A DNA stretch of 64,000 nt. Origin: the human T2T-CHM13v2.0 reference genome, Homo sapiens. The stretch lies in assembly GCF_009914755.1 (NCBI RefSeq), contig NC_060937.1; one strand, given 5' to 3'. The notes under the pieces are model-generated. The model ran no database searches and was not told the DNA's origin. It saw only the letters and a list, made by a program, of their open reading frames with translations. Both the position numbers and the translations under genes were made by a program. Of the stretch, positions 60,467-64,000 are shown one piece after another; the stretch's first letter is position 1, and every line of letters starts with the position of its first letter.

Positions 60467-60863
60467 TGTCATGGGCTGAATTATGTCTCTGTTAAAGTCA
60501 CACATTGGAGCCCCAACCCCCAGTGGTGCAGAATGTGACTGTACTTGGATATTGGGTCTTTATAGAGGTAATTAAGTTAAGATGAGGCCATTAGGGTAGG
60601 CCCCAATCCAGTCTGATTGGTGTCCATATTAGAGGAGGTGATTAGGACACCAATATGTACAGGGGGAAGAGAATATGAAGATACCAGAAGAAGATAGCCA
60701 TCTGCAAGTCAGAGAGAGAGAAAAGGCTTGGAATGAAACCAACCAACCCTGCCTACACTTTGATCTTGGACTTCAGCCTCCAGATCTGTAAGGAAATAAA
60801 TTTCTGTTGTTTAAGTCACCTAGTCTGTGATATTTATTACGGTAGCCCTAGCAGACTAATATA
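60467..60863 (+). mobile_element. MLT1B solo LTR
   Basis: cagaatgtgactgta...gaggtaattaagttaagatgagg...gatcttggacttcagcctccaga. Perfect TSD TTGGT. Confidence 0.92.
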
Positions 60864-61161
60864 TTGGTATGGAAGAAAGATAATACTTTAGCTTTCTTAT
60901 ACTCTCATGTTCTTATCTTGAGTTTACATATATAAACATCTAAATTTATTAAATTATTCTTTGGGGTTGGAATATTATAAAACTATTACAGGTGAGCCAA
61001 GAAGTATGCTCTGATTAAATAACCTTTTGTTCTTCCCAAAATTAATAACTGTCCCACTTACCATGTGATTAGTTTTCTATGACCAGTTACTACTTCCTCC
61101 TCAACCCTGACATAAGTATACATCTCTTTTCAACATTTAAAAACAGGAAGTGATTTATCAG

Positions 61162-61483
61162 TTTTTTTTTGTTTGTTTGTTTGTTTTGAGATGGAGTCTC
61201 ACTCTCACTCTGTTGCCCAGGCTGAAGTGCAGTGGCCAATCTCTGCTCACTGTAAGCTCCGCCTCCCGGGTTCACGCCATTCTCCTGCCTCAGCCTCCCA
61301 ATTTAGCTGTGACTACAGGCCCCTGCCACCATGCCCGGCTAATTTTTTGTATTTTTAGTAGAGACGTGGTTTCAGTGGTTTCACCATGTTAGCCAGGATG
61401 GTCTTGATCTCCTGACCTCGTGATCCGCCTGTCTCGGCCTCCCAAAGTCCTGGGATTACAGGCGTGAGCCACCGCGCCCAGCC
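61162..61483 (-). mobile_element. AluY
   Basis: Y diagnostics aagctccgcc, ttcacgccattc, ttagccaggatgg, ctcgtgatcc. Two small internal duplications. Confidence 0.96.
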
Positions 61484-61549
61484 AGTTTGGATTTTTTTCT
61501 TAAGGAAATTTCTTCTGGATATTGCTGTCAGCTCCATCTTGGAGTGTCA

Positions 61550-62350
61550 CCCTGAGAAGGGTTCGTGGGATGTGAAATGTTCTATTCCTACAGTTGTTTT
61601 CATTGTTTCCAGTTTCCAGCATTGCTGTTGAGATACCTGAGGCCACTCTCACTTCTGACCCTTTGTTGTGACTTCACCTGCACCTTCTCTACTTGGAACA
61701 TTGTAGTTCTCAGTGCTCTGATATTTCACTGTGATCTACATCAGGGAAGGTATTTTTTCATCTCTATAGCTGAGAATTTGGTGGGCTCCCTCATTTAAGA
61801 AATTCATCTTCTAGAATCTGAACCATTAAAAGAAAATATTTTAATTTTATAATTTCTCTCCCTCTATTTTCTCTGTTTTTTTCTTTTGGGGGCAACTGTT
61901 ATTTGGAAGTAGGACCACCTAGATTGATTCCTGAATTTTCTTATAATTTATCCCCTAGAGTCTAACTTTTTAACCCAGTTTCTAGAAGATTTCCTCCTTT
62001 ATCTTCCAGTCCTTTAAGTCATTTTTCCATTTGTGTAATCATATTTTAATTTTTAAAAATTCTTTTTGTTTTGGACATCAGAACACAGGTGGCACTTGTT
62101 TCCTGAATAATTTATAGCCTCCTTTTTCTATTTTTAGATGTGATACTTTCTTATCTCTCTGAGGATATTTAAAATATAATTTAAAAGATTTTTTTTTTCT
62201 CTATTGTCTTTGCCATGTTTAGGTTCTTGTTTCATTTTGACTACTTTGGTCCTCAGATTTTCTAGAGGCTTTTCTCCAATGTTTGGTGGCCTCTGGCTGC
62301 AGTTGCTGTGTAAGGGTGAGTCACACAAAGGCTACTTGAAACTCCACAAA
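61550..62350 (-). mobile_element. Ancient L1M ORF1-region relic
   Basis: T-rich, ttccagcattgctgttgaga...ttctgaccctttg...atttcactgtgat resembles reverse L1M ORF1 C-terminus. Confidence 0.55.
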
Positions 62351-64000
62351 TGGCCGGTGAGCCACGTTGCTAAGATCACCAACTTTCAGATGTGGAGGTG
62401 TTTCTCTTGGGTCTCAGTGCACCGGGGAAAGGTGTACTTGGCTGCAGTATTCGGGGAGCTACTAAGGGAAGGGGACCCTGGGGCTCACACTTCTCTCTGC
62501 AGATTTTCACTTATCTCTGGTGTACTGTACATCTCTGAGCTCAGAATCCTTCTTTCTTTCTGTCTCCAAGGTAATCTTGCCATTCTCTGCTGGAGCATGA
62601 GAGGGGCAGTCACCTGGCCAAGAAGAGTTAGAGAGAGCATCTGGAGACCTCAGTGCTTCTTTCAACAGACATTACCAATATCTGTCAGTTGTTCGTATGC
62701 TGCCCTACTTCCAGAGACTCCCGGTGCCTCGAATTCCTGGGGTTTTGGGTTACGGAATCTCTAGCTTCAGGACTTCCTCCTGCCAGCTTTGGTGTCAGCC
62801 CTCCCCTCTTGTGTCAGTTATACCAGTCTCTTTGCTTCTGTCTCTCTCCTTCTCTCTCTTTATAGTTGTAGGGCTTCACCTTTGGCGCCCCTTTCTCGTC
62901 ATTTGGTGGGATACAGGAGGCAGCGGCAGTACCTACATCAATTCCATCCATCAGATTTCTGGAGGAACTAACTTACACTGAAATTCTCTTTCAAAAAAAC
63001 AAGACTCTTTGCTTTTGAGATCTTGAACAGTCGAGGGTAGGAAGTGGTGCTTTCTTTCTGGGTTCAAAAATTGGTGACCATGATTTTTTTTTCTTTTACA
63101 GAACAGTCAGTTAAACTGCTGCCTGCTGTACGTTGGGATATAGATGTTGTGCTTACCAAGGATGAAATATTAGGGAAATAGGGAAAATTTAGGACATGAA
63201 GTGTGCAGCTCCTCCATGAAGGCTTTGGTGATACCCTTCAAGAAAGAGAAAAGACTGAGCCAAGTGTGGTGTGTTTAAACAACAAAAACAACAAAACAAC
63301 AAAATGACACACAAGAACAATTAGTTTTGTTAAGAAAACAGTATTAAGTTGGCAAACTCATTGATGAAGAACAAACCCTCTTTGTCTGGAGCCTAAAATC
63401 GTTGTTGGTTGGTTTAAAAGGCAAATTCTCTCTCTAGAGCAAGCAGACACAGGGAGGTGGATTTTACACAGGAGATAAAATGGGGCCAAAAAAGAAAAAA
63501 TAGCCTGAGTTATCAGGATCTCTCATATTCTTCTCATGAAGCTTTTCCACCTGCAAGGTGATCAGGCCTGAGGGGAGAAGGTGCTTGAGGGGTGCTTCCT
63601 TGCCCAAGGCTATAGTTTCTAATTGCCTGAGAGCAGAAGCCACTAAAGTAAAAGCCAAGGGCAGGGCCCAGGAGCCTATGTCAGGGAGAGGAGCCCCCAG
63701 TATCAAAGACTATCAAGCGATCAAATAGACCAAGAGTTTATTAAGTAATTGAAGAACTGGATTGTTCTTCAGCCAGTGGATTATAGCCATGGCTGCCCAG
63801 CTCTTCAGACAATCCCTAGGCCTCCCCAGACCACCCCCATCAATTGGGAGTAACAGTGGGTTACTATCTTTATCCCAGTCTTGGAAAGAGGCTCTTGATC
63901 CTCATCTGTGTATCTATCTGTGGGCCCTGTGTGGATACAGAGGACAGTGGAAAAGGAAGGTGCTCTTTGTGGGTGTTAACCACAAGACTTTAGAAGGCAG

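Noticed and set aside
62204-62764. 186-aa + strand ORF
   Set aside because: Non-ATG start, overlaps an ancient L1M relic, no recognisable domain.

Overview
AT-rich, repeat-dense primate (human-like) genomic DNA with no intact host protein-coding gene. Probably an intron or 5' region of a large + strand transcription unit: the younger L1s lie antisense, and several short AG...GT(A/G)AG exon candidates face +. It holds about 12 Alus, one full-length but disabled ~6 kb L1PA (- strand, 50279-56317, with an open ORF0), and many older L1M, L2, MIR, MaLR/ERVL LTR and DNA-transposon relics. Most notable: (1) a decayed ~0.9 kb - strand segment (59004-59896) whose frameshifted translation follows the bornavirus nucleoprotein motif by motif, a candidate divergent endogenous bornavirus-like N element (EBLN); (2) two neighbouring inverted, locally templated insertions (48439-48559 between 44-bp direct repeats; 49439-49504 patchwork inside Tigger3); (3) a 19-bp minisatellite made of ZNF143/Staf consensus sites (187-279); (4) an L1 that looks chimeric (L1PA2-like body, L1PA3/4-like 3' end). 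Family and subfamily calls come from remembered consensus sequences, not from a search. Nearly all short ORFs in the supplied track are spurious.
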